This document shows positions 40,101-50,000 of a stretch of 64,000 nucleotides of DNA, piece after piece. Both the position numbers and the translations under genes were made by a program. Within the stretch, counting starts at the first letter, position 1; the number at the start of each line of letters is the position of its first letter. Source of the stretch: an uncultured virus (IMG/VR IMGVR_UViG_2937164673_000001) (taxonomy: Duplodnaviria > Heunggongvirae > Uroviricota > Caudoviricetes); IMG/VR virus record IMGVR_UViG_2937164673_000001; one strand, 5' to 3'. The notes beneath the pieces were generated by a model, which did no database searches, was not told where the DNA came from, and was given only the letters and a program-made list of their open reading frames with translations.

Positions 40101-43100
40101 TCCGTAATAGTTCAATATTATTAGTATCTGCTCGAAGTTTAAGTCCATTCGCTTTAGCTATAGAATTAAATTCTTTTCTAAACTTACTCCAGTCCTGCTT
40201 TGAAAGTTGATTAGAACCATCTGTTACCCCGTCTAAAGCTTTCTTCAGTCCTGTTAGACCCTTTGTAGACTTCTCGGCCGTACCATTAAAAAGTATATTT
40301 TTTTGTAGATTCCCATTTGTCTCAGATATGGTACCGTGTATCTTCTGCATAGACTTATCAAAAGCTTCTGCGTTAGCCTGAGCCGGTTTGATTGCATTCT
40401 GGATCAATTTCCATGGATGAACACCCATCATTTCTAAGGCTCCTGACGCAATAGTAATCGCATCAATACCTAAGCCAACGACACCAAGTCCACTACCAAT
40501 TACTCCCAGTACACTACCAGCAACACCCATGACTTTTCCTAATTTAGCAGTTGCTTTAGTTCCTTTAGAAAGAGTCCCATTGGTGTCTTTTAGTTTTTGT
40601 TCTGCTCTACTAATTGCAGGAGTAACATTTGAATATGATTTTGTTAAATCTTCATTTTCTTTTGCAAGTTCCTTTGGAGCAAAATGAGTTGGATACTTCT
40701 TAGATAGACCATATTGTCTTCGGGCTCCACGTCTAGTTTGGAGGACATTATTCTCTGGAATAGAGTATTTAATTAAACCTACGTCTTTACCTGTATACTC
40801 TCCCTTGGTTCTTCCTTCTGCATTTCTATCTAGCTTTGTTTTTGACTTAAAACCTTTGGCGTTTAAGCCATCTAATTCTGCTCTTAATTCACGAATTTTT
40901 GCCCTTAATTCAGAAACAGAACTTCCAACATTGGTGAATCTAGATTTAAGACTCTCGATTCCTTTTCCAGCATTTCCAATACTTGCAAAGCTTTTAACCA
41001 TTCCCGTTATTGCATTACGTGCCATAACTATACCAGCAGTGATTGCACCCCATCTAATAGCTTGCGAGAATAGCTTATTTGAAGCAAGTTTATCTGCGAT
41101 AGATCCGATACCATTAAGACTTTGAAGAATTTGGGAAATTCCTTCTCTACCACCAGAGATGTTATTTAAGAAGGACATCCATGTATTCTTTAATGAAGCT
41201 AACTGGAATTCGATAGATTGCTTTTGCTTCTCAAATTCTTGATATGCTGACCCATGGTCCTTATCTTTTAAATCTACTTGTTGCTGAGCTTCTTTTGAGG
41301 CTTTCTTTGCTACGTCCCAATTATCCATGGTAGCAGCAAAAATATTAGCGTGTTGCTTACCTGCTGCATAAAGGGCCGCAGTGTTTCTATCTTCAGCACT
41401 CATCTTCTTCCACTTCTTACTCAATTGATCCATGATTTGGTAAGTGGATTTCAGATTACCATTGCTGTCTTTTAATTGAACACCCATTTTATTAAAGAAA
41501 GCATCTTTATTTTGGGCCTGCTTAGTAACTCCAGAACCGATTTGATTCAAGTTGGCCGCAATTGTCTTATATGCGTTACCAATCTTGTCCCCACCTTCAT
41601 GTGTTCCTTCTTGTGCAGCAGTAATAATACCAGTTACTTGCGCAAACGTCGTTCCAGTTTGTGCCATTGTTGAACTTGCTCTTTGGTACGCTTGTCCTAA
41701 GTCATCCATTTCAATGGCGTGTTTGTTAGAAACTTGGTTCATCGAATTAATTATGTCTTTTGACTTAAGACCTTCCTTTTGGAAGGCTTTCATCGGAACA
41801 GACATATATTTAACCATGTCTTCTACAGGTACTTCACCTACGAAGGCGCCCATAACCGACGCCTTTGCAAGACGATTTGATTGTTTAAGATTATATCCGG
41901 CTGTTGCCCATTGTTCTACAGCGGCAGCAAATTCTGGAGCAGTCTTACCAACTTCTGAAGCATCCTTATAGATATTCTTCTTCCATCTATTTACTGCTGC
42001 TTGGCTGTCAGGAACAACTTTTGTAACTTTTGTAATGGCCTTATCAACTTCATTTAAGCCATTCACAACAGCAGCAGCTCCATATATACCATTCTGTAAT
42101 ACGTCCCAGGTATTTAGTGTATTCATCATACCAGCAGAGGACTTTCTGCCTCGACGTATCTTTACATTTTCCCGATCTGCCGCTTGAGCTCGCGCCATTC
42201 TAATTCTTGCGTCTGAGGCTTCTCTAAGATCTGATGCTTGAGATGCATACTTTGTTTTTCTTATAGCACTTTCAAGAGATCGTACCTTTTTTTCTGCTGC
42301 CCCAGCTTGTCTCTGAACTTCGGCAAATACATTGTCGCCTAAACCACCTTTTGCCAGGGTCACTTGTGCTTTTGTGACGTCATTTAACGCACTTTTATAT
42401 TTCCTAAAGGCTTCTACGTCTCTTTTTAACTGTTGTTCAATTTCAGTATTCTTGAGAGTCATGCGAGCTTTAGGCTGTTCTCTAAAGCCAAGAACATTTT
42501 TGCTAATTTCTGAGTCACTCAAGCCAGCCTTATTCGCAGCCATTCTATACCGCATTTCAGCTTGCTCTTGTTGTTTAGCAACTTGACTAGCATAATGTTG
42601 TATATTTTGTAGAATACGTTCGTCACTGGCCTTAGCAGCTTGATTTTGGAGCTTTAAATACTCTTGTTGTGCTTTTTCAATAGCACGCTGTTGTGCTCGC
42701 ATCTCCTTTTGCACATCAACCGCTGCTCGAGCATAGTGCCTTCTAGGATTAGTATTCTCTAACTCTTTATTAGCTTTTCGCCGTGCCTCTTCAATGGACT
42801 TATCAAAGTCATGTCCACCCATATCAACGTTTAACTTAATTGGTTCATTGGCTAAACGTCTAATTTCTTTTAATTTACTGGACACCCGATTTAATTCGGA
42901 CATTCCATGTACTTTTACATTTGCGTTTACTCTAAAGTTTTCTTTACCAAGAGCATTTCTTAGTTGGCGTTTGAGATTGCCAAGTTTGCCAACTTTTAAT
43001 TTTACATTTGCGTCAACCTTAATATCCTTTAACCCACGAAGAGAACGTTGAATCTGATTTTCAATTTCCCCTGCTGTTGGGAGGTTAACTTTAACTTTTA

Positions 43101-43122
43101 TTGACAGTTCTTTACTTGCCAA
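34147..43122 (-). CDS. Tape measure protein (2991 aa)
   Basis: TP901-type core (VDKAITKVTKV, IGNAYKTI, MGVQLKDSNGNLKSTYQIM), long coiled coils and internal Lys-rich repeats. Confidence 0.93.
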   Translation of the reverse strand: MASKELSIKVKVNLPTAGEIENQIQRSLRGLKDIKVDANVKLKVGKLGNLKRQLRNALGKENFRVNANVKVHGMSELNRVSSKLKEIRRLANEPIKLNVDMGGHDFDKSIEEARRKANKELENTNPRRHYARAAVDVQKEMRAQQRAIEKAQQEYLKLQNQAAKASDERILQNIQHYASQVAKQQEQAEMRYRMAANKAGLSDSEISKNVLGFREQPKARMTLKNTEIEQQLKRDVEAFRKYKSALNDVTKAQVTLAKGGLGDNVFAEVQRQAGAAEKKVRSLESAIRKTKYASQASDLREASDARIRMARAQAADRENVKIRRGRKSSAGMMNTLNTWDVLQNGIYGAAAVVNGLNEVDKAITKVTKVVPDSQAAVNRWKKNIYKDASEVGKTAPEFAAAVEQWATAGYNLKQSNRLAKASVMGAFVGEVPVEDMVKYMSVPMKAFQKEGLKSKDIINSMNQVSNKHAIEMDDLGQAYQRASSTMAQTGTTFAQVTGIITAAQEGTHEGGDKIGNAYKTIAANLNQIGSGVTKQAQNKDAFFNKMGVQLKDSNGNLKSTYQIMDQLSKKWKKMSAEDRNTAALYAAGKQHANIFAATMDNWDVAKKASKEAQQQVDLKDKDHGSAYQEFEKQKQSIEFQLASLKNTWMSFLNNISGGREGISQILQSLNGIGSIADKLASNKLFSQAIRWGAITAGIVMARNAITGMVKSFASIGNAGKGIESLKSRFTNVGSSVSELRAKIRELRAELDGLNAKGFKSKTKLDRNAEGRTKGEYTGKDVGLIKYSIPENNVLQTRRGARRQYGLSKKYPTHFAPKELAKENEDLTKSYSNVTPAISRAEQKLKDTNGTLSKGTKATAKLGKVMGVAGSVLGVIGSGLGVVGLGIDAITIASGALEMMGVHPWKLIQNAIKPAQANAEAFDKSMQKIHGTISETNGNLQKNILFNGTAEKSTKGLTGLKKALDGVTDGSNQLSKQDWSKFRKEFNSIAKANGLKLRADTNNIELLRSQWNDLKSAIHDVNMEQLKAGTKDIDKENKAGKELDWEKQRGKILKSNNEYLKEQRRLEKQRKDDKYNSLPSKASDIDRKYDKKESEARIKALNKARNSEQYQEWAQNYEDYGDAIRGQYKKLSSAINSGVFDKSDYRRMTRGQLNKVQSAQSVNLQAAARANKIWNDVNKIMNKNNNLGKNQLTLTKDQQKYLAKNVKGLEGISSKTREWNANQIQAFYNAQKSFKDNLKKQQGTMQDILEANGYSSTAAKKRVKAYDGSGASFVNIMGNQINGRELLNVDPDFYATYGKSWNAVMEQNTKYLQGHPTAAAQALINDQGVLDTTQQARIEGSMMMKSKQFQGYNWMNSKGELNLPNFISDLKGVKGSSDPYSLVNALGDGSIKSDAQFGRGLSYAQLMLRLNKGNTKNKDVKDAIQNLRKNHGEKATDDILDQLYNDGFFGKTGSKKAKQQRDNAQKYNDKELDSRGRERNKPKKQSSQKENKEDDKPWYQQKAPGKNSLTKASKFFKNLGNMKTGAGQKQLQDFMKNVKNGSKDFDWKSFLTGGMKLGVAGTDGSIKGAKLPNIFKKFNPSKMFDGLKGKMPDFSKMFKGVKMPDLGKAFKNIKMPDISKSFKGFDLKNPFKDWKLPKGSDNPLKGFKLSKDMLNPFKNWKIPKGLNNPFKNFKLPKGMTNPFKNWKMPKGLGDLFKGSKNDPFKGMKTSLDKLFGKGGKNKVKVDADTKSAEKKVKDLGKGKSKAKVKVDADTKDVEKKLKTLSKSKNNKAKIKVSADTKDIDKKLKSFSRNKNNKVKVRADADTKSAESKIKHLGKNSKAKVKVDADTKGAESKLKSIGKNTKAKVKVDADTGNLKSKITGAVHGVNAKVKVSADTSGLVSKIKGAVSGIHAKINITASGNAQQVINQVKSSLSALHDKAITITANDNATGPINRVKSARNSLKDKTIHIKADNSQALSAINAVRGQLASLTDKTVNINVHKNETHTITTEHKSKSMAITPENSQPVSPMTSMSVVAGNPAMNMAVNSGAANMGVDTNSATNGDKVSGIATTDRSDSTQKVSEDYWRYMGNELYTGLPLDEKVQNLENAVTKADEDMDKLINLSKQRIDLDNKQIAYQRTMQGAYQQQITDVLNELHKYGFQTNGNQITNLNHAKDITGDNASKVDELLGKYQTAYQNFSEATKKIDELQTDIWQQGKNQQDYNNTKDQKMVEKLQRELELVTTAIDNQKNILEREGNSLEDSDYRMKLKNNSDQIYAKSEAVQQLLAEFNQLSVANFVGTKDADNAKNLADSLSQIRDAIMENLDSIDELKKSIRDIQLNSIIESLSKYTDNLSNSIDRLKNNVTNLQDGLLSGTSYNDLMSSNFDVVNLNQKSAYEKSVADKISLERQLDNALDQFARKNVDRTAQVANDQLQIEAQKYNDMLSMAINYARGTRNEVGAIDVKYNVSVESDKIEVPNLTHNQEYVQSSIAYQKEMNELKAEYNRLMGKANTAEQKEAINSEMIYKQLELQEKVYKSMIEADQKAINDLREQAKNPDMTTEQLKTITDQITEYEKNVIDAQNSIKDAVKNRFEYEKSLIDKQIDEYKRASDTISTLVSIADTLHLEGSTQAAIINQQYASTYREYNNYLDLLQRLRDELSGYEKNSYEYNQLKAMIDEYQTSLDSTMSSLMDISKNEFGQTLDSIQKEFEKSVNKGMTADQAKFDQDVWYNPMQKELRLEEMRLKIVELEDKTVEKRIAALDAQERMSKAEADYVDKQLDLALAQQKLDNTINKKDVRYLEKDKDGKFNWTYIADQANVEEAQRAVNSAKQALEESKISNRNDYIQKVSETINSIKDGSINQEEARKRLEQLNDSYKFILKDIPTFDIAKVEDIIKAYNDYEKKNSDIINDYKRSVKPEVTQGYETIVKGFGDQFKAVSKDLGEIFGKQLREALNLPNGIRNAYGDGNDKSVHIDTINLELPNVKDANDFAEALKTLPQVAKQYATKKM

Positions 43123-43221
43123 TATATTTCACCCGCCTAAAAGAAATGATTTTGCGTTTGTACCATTCTTCTGCGGTTTAAACTATAAAATTGTTAATTA
43201 CAGCTTTATAAAATGGATATT

Positions 43222-44250
43222 TTATTCTGAAAGTAATGCATCGATTTCTTTCAATGTTGCTGTTTCACTCTTCTTTTCCATGTAGAAGCGTGCCGTTGTA
43301 TCCATTGATTCGTGGTGTGCTAATTGCTTGGCTAATTCAATATTCTTTTGTCCAACTTGGTTTAGTCTACTCTTACGAATACTGTGAGCTCTAAAATCAC
43401 CAACACCAACAATTTCTCCTATTTTGCGAATACGGATTGACATGGCCTGTTTACTCATATGACCACCTAAACGATTAACAAAGAACGCATCTGTATCAAT
43501 TCCATTATCCTCACGCCATTTAAGGAACTTCTTGATTAATTCCTTAGTTTCATTTGTGAATGGAACTTCCACTCTCTTCCCGCGTTTTTCTCTAATATCA
43601 ACGAATTTATTTTCATCAAGTTTCAGATTAGACAAACTTAAGTTATACAATGCCCCGATACGACAAGCACTATAAAAAGCAATCTCCCAAATCAATCTGT
43701 CTTGATAATCGTATCTAGCTCCCTCGGGTTCTGCTTCTTCTTCAAGAGTTTTATAGATTTGATTAATCTTGTCTTCGTGTAAAAAGTGAACTGAAATCTT
43801 CTTTTCATCTTGAGCATTCTTAATACGGTCTAATTTTCCATCAAAAGGATGACTTCGAATCATTCCTCGCTTAGTTGCCCATAGGTAGAAACTGGATACA
43901 GCACTTAATTTAGTGTTAATGACTTTTTTACCATTACCACATTCATCAGCAAGGAAAGCCATATAGCCTTCCATTACGTCGATCATTTCATCTTCTAGCA
44001 TATCTTCATCTAAAAGATAAAAATTGTCCCATTCTTCTGCAATATAACACATGAAGATATTCATATAAGAGTGGTAAACCTTATAAGTAGTATCTTTAAC
44101 ATCAGAATTGTGAATGATTCGACTCTTAAGATAGCGCTCATAAATCTTAATGTTTTTAGGATTTACTTTTGCCATTCTTGCTTTCGTTGCGTATCTTACG
44201 ATTTTTCTATCGCTTTTTGTTTGATACGTTAATCCTTCTTTTCGTTTCAA
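43222..44250 (-). CDS. Tyrosine recombinase next to the tape measure (position as SPbeta YomM)
   Basis: SAM-like domain (KLSAVSSFY), CRIGAL, EKRGK, AHSIRK, LAHHES and TTARFY; TTG start at 44250. Confidence 0.88.
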   Translation of the reverse strand: MKRKEGLTYQTKSDRKIVRYATKARMAKVNPKNIKIYERYLKSRIIHNSDVKDTTYKVYHSYMNIFMCYIAEEWDNFYLLDEDMLEDEMIDVMEGYMAFLADECGNGKKVINTKLSAVSSFYLWATKRGMIRSHPFDGKLDRIKNAQDEKKISVHFLHEDKINQIYKTLEEEAEPEGARYDYQDRLIWEIAFYSACRIGALYNLSLSNLKLDENKFVDIREKRGKRVEVPFTNETKELIKKFLKWREDNGIDTDAFFVNRLGGHMSKQAMSIRIRKIGEIVGVGDFRAHSIRKSRLNQVGQKNIELAKQLAHHESMDTTARFYMEKKSETATLKEIDALLSE

Positions 44251-44263
44251 ATATATTCCCCTC

Positions 44264-44788
44264 TTATGCGCCAGATACTTCAAACCCAGCAGCACGAAGA
44301 GCATCAGCAAGGAGTTTAGGAATAATTTCTACATATTTAGAAAAAGCATTATCAAAATAGTGAGTACCTTGATGTGGGACAAGTCCGCCACCACCATAGT
44401 TAAGGTATGCCGGCATCTCGTCATTGAATGGCTGAGATTGTACACCCATATGTATTCCCCAGCTTTCAATTCCACCCCAGTCTCCATTTGCACTATTTCC
44501 TGTGCTTGGAGGACTCATACTCATACGAGAACCATCCATTTCAATAGATAAACTAGTCCCACCACCTGTTACATTGATGGCATCTACTAATTCGCCAGTT
44601 GAAACATAGCCTGGAGAAGCTCGACCTGCCGGCCAATCCTTCTCAACCAATTCTCTTAATATTTGATCTGCTACTTTTCTTATTTCACCCTGCAACGCCT
44701 TAGTCGTTACAGAACGAATTTCTCCTGCCAATTCTTCTAGGCCACTTATGTCTACGGTTAAAGTACCTTCTATAACAAAACTAGACAT
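44264..44788 (-). CDS. Putative tail completion (gp10-like) protein
   Basis: YVSTGELVDAI...HYFDNAF pattern; AAGGAGG RBS. Confidence 0.5.
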   Translation of the reverse strand: MSSFVIEGTLTVDISGLEELAGEIRSVTTKALQGEIRKVADQILRELVEKDWPAGRASPGYVSTGELVDAINVTGGGTSLSIEMDGSRMSMSPPSTGNSANGDWGGIESWGIHMGVQSQPFNDEMPAYLNYGGGGLVPHQGTHYFDNAFSKYVEIIPKLLADALRAAGFEVSGA

Positions 44789-44810
44789 AATAACCTCCTT
44801 GTTTAAAGTC

Positions 44811-44872
44811 AAAAATAGCGTAAGCAAAAAGATGGACTATCTCCTGTCCATTTCATTACTTGCGCTATTTTT
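44811..44872. terminator. Long hairpin, possible terminator
   Basis: AAAAATAGCGTAAG / CTTGCGCTATTTTT inverted repeat. Confidence 0.55.
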
Positions 44873-44891
44873 ATGTACCATTTTATTTTTA

Positions 44892-45500
44892 TTAACCAGC
44901 TTGTTTTTCGGAAGTTTGCGACTCTTCCTCTGGTTTTGCGTTTGTTTTTTCTTTTTCTTCAGCTTGTTTAATAGCTGTTTCCATCTTAACGATCTTATCT
45001 GATTGCTTATTGATCTCTTCGATTTGCTTACGTCCTTCGTCAGTCTTAGACTGTTTAGAAATAAACATAGCTAAAGCACTATCAGAAATCTCTTCGGTTT
45101 GATCTACCATATTACGTAATTCTAGATTATTCTTAAAGTTCATAATCATTAACGTATAGATATTCGTTACTACACTTGAAAGAACTGATGTAATCAAACT
45201 TAATTCCACTGTAGGATTTTCAATAATTTGAGCCATTTCCTCATCAGTCATTTCTGGATCAATTTCCAAATCTGTAAGAAGAGGAATTAGTTCCTTTAAG
45301 ATTGTAGTTCCATTAATATCTAATAGATTTTCATCGGCATTTTCTTGGTTAAATGCGTCTACCATTTCTTTAAGCTGCATTATCTTATTAACGTCATCTT
45401 TTGACGGTTCAAAGATTGTAACAGCACCCGTAGGTGTATTAATAACCTCAAGAATTTGTCGATTATTTGGATCATTATAAAAACTATTAAATTGTACCAA
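44892..45500 (-). CDS. Hypothetical protein (possible tail assembly chaperone)
   Basis: TTG start at 45500 after GGAGAG; acidic helical protein. Confidence 0.6.
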   Translation of the reverse strand: MVQFNSFYNDPNNRQILEVINTPTGAVTIFEPSKDDVNKIMQLKEMVDAFNQENADENLLDINGTTILKELIPLLTDLEIDPEMTDEEMAQIIENPTVELSLITSVLSSVVTNIYTLMIMNFKNNLELRNMVDQTEEISDSALAMFISKQSKTDEGRKQIEEINKQSDKIVKMETAIKQAEEKEKTNAKPEEESQTSEKQAG

Positions 45501-45562
45501 TTGTGTACTCTCCGTTTCCCGTTCGTACCACACCGATTATTCTACCAAATTATGCAAACGCT

Positions 45563-45588
45563 GTCACAAAATTGCATCTATCGGTAAC
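45563..45588 (-). promoter_or_regulatory. Repeated 26-bp operator-like element, copy 3
   Basis: GTCACAAAATTGCATCTATCGGTAAC; on the minus strand GTGACA-17-TAGAAT with TG extension. Confidence 0.7.
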
Positions 45589-45593
45589 ATTTT

Positions 45594-45851
45594 TTATTTA
45601 TTTTCTGTCTTAACAGGAACTTCCACAGGCGTTGGATCACTCAATACTCCAACTAATCCAAGAATAGTTAGCACCGTATTAGCAAGTCCAACAAAAGCAG
45701 TCACATCACCCTTGGGTTGAACTCCAAAGCAGGCAAATACCTGTTGAACGAATACAATGATTAGTGCTACCAAACCACTAATGATCTTCCCGTTAAGTGT
45801 TCCATCTGGCTTAACTACCTTATTTTTCATTAAATTCAATACTTTTTTCAT
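45594..45851 (-). CDS. Holin
   Basis: 85 aa, two TM segments, C-terminal NTVLTILGLVGVLSDPT. Confidence 0.8.
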   Translation of the reverse strand: MKKVLNLMKNKVVKPDGTLNGKIISGLVALIIVFVQQVFACFGVQPKGDVTAFVGLANTVLTILGLVGVLSDPTPVEVPVKTENK

Positions 45852-45864
45852 TTTATTTACCCCT

Positions 45865-46131
45865 TTAGAATGGCGGGTGAATCCAAGATAGAACTGCAAT
45901 TGCGGCACTGATAATGGCACCAATGGCAGTTCTTTGAGTCCACTTTCGACCTTCCTTAAGTTCTTCAACTGTTGCGGAAAGCTCAACAATTTTTTCTTCA
46001 TTCTTTTCACTTAGATGAATCGCCTCTTCCGCTTTGCGATCTGTATCTTCAACTTTTTTCAATCTCTCGTCAATTCGACCGACTTTTTCTTGAATATCCA
46101 TTAGTAGTTCAAGCTCTTTATCTTTATCCAT
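45865..46131 (-). CDS. XhlA-like lysis accessory protein
   Basis: Coiled coil then KWTQRTAIGAII C-terminal TM, directly before the holin. Confidence 0.7.
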   Translation of the reverse strand: MDKDKELELLMDIQEKVGRIDERLKKVEDTDRKAEEAIHLSEKNEEKIVELSATVEELKEGRKWTQRTAIGAIISAAIAVLSWIHPPF

Positions 46132-46247
46132 GCTGTCACCACCGATCATAGCCGCCCCTAATTAAGGAACTGTGAATTTCTTAGGCGACGAAATATCCAG
46201 TATATTAGGTATTATCGAAAACCAAATATGCTGGTAAAATCCTTGTT

Positions 46248-46526
46248 TTACTTGATGTCTTTCTTTTCAGGATCGGTAGTTTTTTTATCAGCTTCAATTT
46301 CTGCATCGATAGCATCTTGTTGTTCGTATACATAATCTTGGAATGCAGAAATATCCTTACGCACGTCTCGCTTGTTTGCGTTATATAAGTCTACATTTTG
46401 GACATACTGATTTACTGAGTCTGAACCACCGCTCGTTGATAAACTAGCAGTCATGCGTACAACAGTAGTACCATTGATTACTGATTCACCAGTTAGTGAT
46501 GTTGATTTAGTTTTGCGTAAAGCCAT
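46248..46526 (-). CDS. Small tail fibre-associated protein
   Basis: LTGESVING...LYNANKRDVRKDISAFQ pattern seen downstream of fibre genes. Confidence 0.6.
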   Translation of the reverse strand: MALRKTKSTSLTGESVINGTTVVRMTASLSTSGGSDSVNQYVQNVDLYNANKRDVRKDISAFQDYVYEQQDAIDAEIEADKKTTDPEKKDIK

Positions 46527-46547
46527 GCTAATATTCCCCTTTTCTTT

Positions 46548-46760
46548 TTATTCCTCTGTTTTAGTTTCTTGCTTACTTTTGAGTAGCTGATTTTCATCAG
46601 AAAGTTGTTGGTTAGCTTGAGTTAATTGTTGAATTCTTGCATTAAGTTCATCGATATCAACTTCGCGATTAACTAATTCAAGTTCTGCTAATGCTAACTT
46701 ATTGATTAACTTACTTGCTACTTTTTCTGCCTTATCTGATTGTTGCTGTTGATTATTCAT
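46548..46760 (-). CDS. Small coiled-coil protein
   Basis: Heptad pattern; coupled ORF. Confidence 0.6.
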   Translation of the reverse strand: MNNQQQQSDKAEKVASKLINKLALAELELVNREVDIDELNARIQQLTQANQQLSDENQLLKSKQETKTEE

Positions 46761-47070
46761 TATTTACCTTCTTCTCTGCATTTAAGATGTTGACTAAATC
46801 TGGGTCCACACCATTCTCAATGCACAACCTTTTCTGTTCCTTTATAGCCTCAGCCATAAATGCTTGTTCTTCATCCTTAATTCGTTGTTTAAGTTCCATA
46901 TTATATATAGGAGAACCATCGTCATTAAATCCTATGATTTGAGCAGATCCATATATTGCAGTCAAAGGAGATGGCGTTGATCCGTCTCCGTTCAAATCTG
47001 CTTGAATTGTGGCTATATTATTTCCATCATTATCTTTAATTGTTTTAATAAGCCGCACTACTTTATACAT
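46753..47070 (-). CDS. Small tail fibre-associated protein
   Basis: GGAGG RBS right after the fibre gene. Confidence 0.6.
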   Translation of the reverse strand: MYKVVRLIKTIKDNDGNNIATIQADLNGDGSTPSPLTAIYGSAQIIGFNDDGSPIYNMELKQRIKDEEQAFMAEAIKEQKRLCIENGVDPDLVNILNAEKKVNNE

Positions 47071-47076
47071 ATATTT

Positions 47077-50000
47077 TTAGCCTCCATGATTCATTACCGA
47101 TGCTGTAATATTCCATGCTCCTGTGCCAAGATCCCATGTGGATCCAGAGGCAAAAGCTACTCCTGACATAATTCCGCCTTTGTCGTCAAATCTCATAAAC
47201 GCTGGTTGATCCTGATTATTAAACATTCTTTGATGATGGACCCAGCCAAACGAGAATCTTAGACCGTTGAACCATATACTTCCAAGATCACTTATATCTC
47301 TATCACCGAATGGTTTAATTTGATCCCACAAAAAAGTAACTCCAGCATGTCCATAGCTATTTGGTCCATATCCTAATCGAATCGTTGGTTGGTACCTATC
47401 TGCCTGATAAGAGTTACTCCAATTTACTCGGTGAATCATCAGAGGATCATTACTCCATTTTCCATCCTCTTGGTCATTATCTCCTACATTGATTTTCTGA
47501 TAAGATTGCAGGTTTATATCATCAAGGAAGTTAACACCTTTCCTTTTTCTTGTTTTTCCTAATTGCATATCCTTACTTGTCAATTCAAGTTGATTGATAA
47601 TGTTACCAAGTTCATTTGGATCGTTATAACCTATATCAAGAAAATCAGCACCATGAAACTGTTCATTATCGGAACCGGGATTATATCTTATGCCAAGGCC
47701 ACGACACTTACCGTTCCCTCCCCTAAACATCGCTCCAATATTGCCTATTGCAATTGGTGAACTTTGATTCATGTTTGGATTCCTATGCATTATGGTTATC
47801 ATTGAACTGTCTATATTCATACGAAAATCACTCTTATACATTAAATCCATATTTCCATTACCAAGTAAGATAGAGCTACCATCAGAATTTTTTAACTGAA
47901 TACCTTGATCACCAGTCATATCAATTAGCCCCTGTTTACCAACAAGGCGAACTCTATCAGTTCTTAAATCACCATGGATATCAGTATTACCATCTATAAT
48001 TATTTTTTTAGATGCAATCTTGATATTATCAGGTGTGATATTAATCGCAGAAACAATATTTTGAGGATCGGAATCGTACGGAGAAAGGCTCCACGGAGTA
48101 GCAACCATTCCATGTTCTAATTTCTGTGACCCCACATGAATAGTTCCATGATCTCTATTTAGCGCAGGACGTACACACAAATTTCCAGCATTCTTTACAT
48201 AGAAAGTAGCACTATAATTAATCCATCGATTCTGGTCACCTTCACGTAACTGAGGTTTGCGAATATCTTGAACTTGAACAGTCCCGTTATACTGACTGTC
48301 ACCCATATAAGGAACGACGAAATCATTACCGTCCAATCCATTCAGATATATCTGTGCACTCCATGTATATACACCTGGTGTCACATATACTGTTTGCCCT
48401 AAACCGTCCCAGGCAGCGTTACTCCTTCCATAAGCCTTATGACCCAAATTATCTGTCCAATTGTCATCGTACCAGTGACCATCACTAATGTGGTTCCAAT
48501 CATTGGGATTCCAATAGGCTGTCGACTTAAGAAGATTTACTCCTTTATCTTTATCGTCAAATGGATGTGGTGTCCAAGGAGTAGCAATCGCCCCTCGTTC
48601 AATTTTTACATTCTTAATACGAACGTCAAAATTATCTCTAAAATAGATTATGAATGCTTGATCGAGCGCCTGAATTGTCCCCGTAACCGAAACTCTAGCC
48701 CATTCACTAGGCACGTTTACCCCATTTAACGTGATTGGTGGTTTTTCTGGTTCGCTTTCATTGTGAACTGTTGAAAATTTACCTGAACCTTTTATATCAA
48801 ATGAAAATGTATATTGTTCGCCAACTTGAAGTTGTCCGTCTGGGAACGCTCCACCCCATCGAGTGTAGATACCTCCACCTTTACTTCCCCATAAATGAAA
48901 AGCAATAGAGGTATCATCAAATCGCTCAAAGCTTGTATTAAAATCTCCATTGAAACCAATTCCAGTAGGCCAACTGAAATCGGCAGTACCTCTTAAAAGA
49001 TTTTGTCCACTACCTTGATCTTCTGGTGCTGGTTTCCAAACAGAACTTTGTGTACCTTCCACAATCATTAAATTAGCAATGTTGACTATATTAGAGTTAC
49101 CTAAAGCAATACTATTTATGTAAAGAGCCTGCCCGTTATTTTCTATACTGCCACTGGTCTTATAGGTGCGTGTCACATGAGTAATTTCGCCACCCTTTGT
49201 GGTAATATTGCCGCCACGTCCATATATAAATGGGCTACCTGACGAATCTCCTCTAGCTAAATCAATTATTGCTCCACCATTTGTATCCTCACTTGTTTGC
49301 AAATCAAAGCTTATTGTGTAATAAGTGTTCGGCTTTAATTTCCCCATATCAAAGGGGTAACAAACAACCCACCAAGATGTACTTTTCTTTGTATTGTTTA
49401 TATGAAGACCTTTGACACCATTTAGAAGAGCTACATCAGTACTTACTGATCCATTTCCAGGATCAACCCACCATCCAGCTTTCCCTCGATTGGTTCCAAC
49501 AGCTAAATTACGTTCTCCAACTTGAGCATTCGTTACACGGTTATCAATACTATTTACCTGGTTCTGAATTCCATTCGTAATATTATCCCGAACAGCCTGC
49601 AAAGTAATTGCATCACTCTTCATTTGAAACTGTGTCTGCGCCCATGACTGTGTGGCGTAACCTTTGCCATTCAAGATATCATTAACCTGTGTTTCGGTTA
49701 CTTTACCTTGAATTTGACCATTAGCTACGTCCCATTTAGTGTTTAACTCACTGATTTTCTCAGCAACTTGTGGGTTTTGTCTTCTAATATGCGGTTTTGC
49801 AATCCATGACGAATTTTCTGTATTGTTTGCTGGCTTATCCATCTGGTACCAAGGTTTAGCAAATGCAGCATTAGCAGGGGCTGTTATAGTTCCAGTGTAG
49901 TGTTTCCATTGACCCGACTGGTCAGAATTAATTCCCTGCCAATTCCAATTTACTTTATCTTTATCTGCAAAGACTAAGCCAAATGCAGTATAGAATGCTG

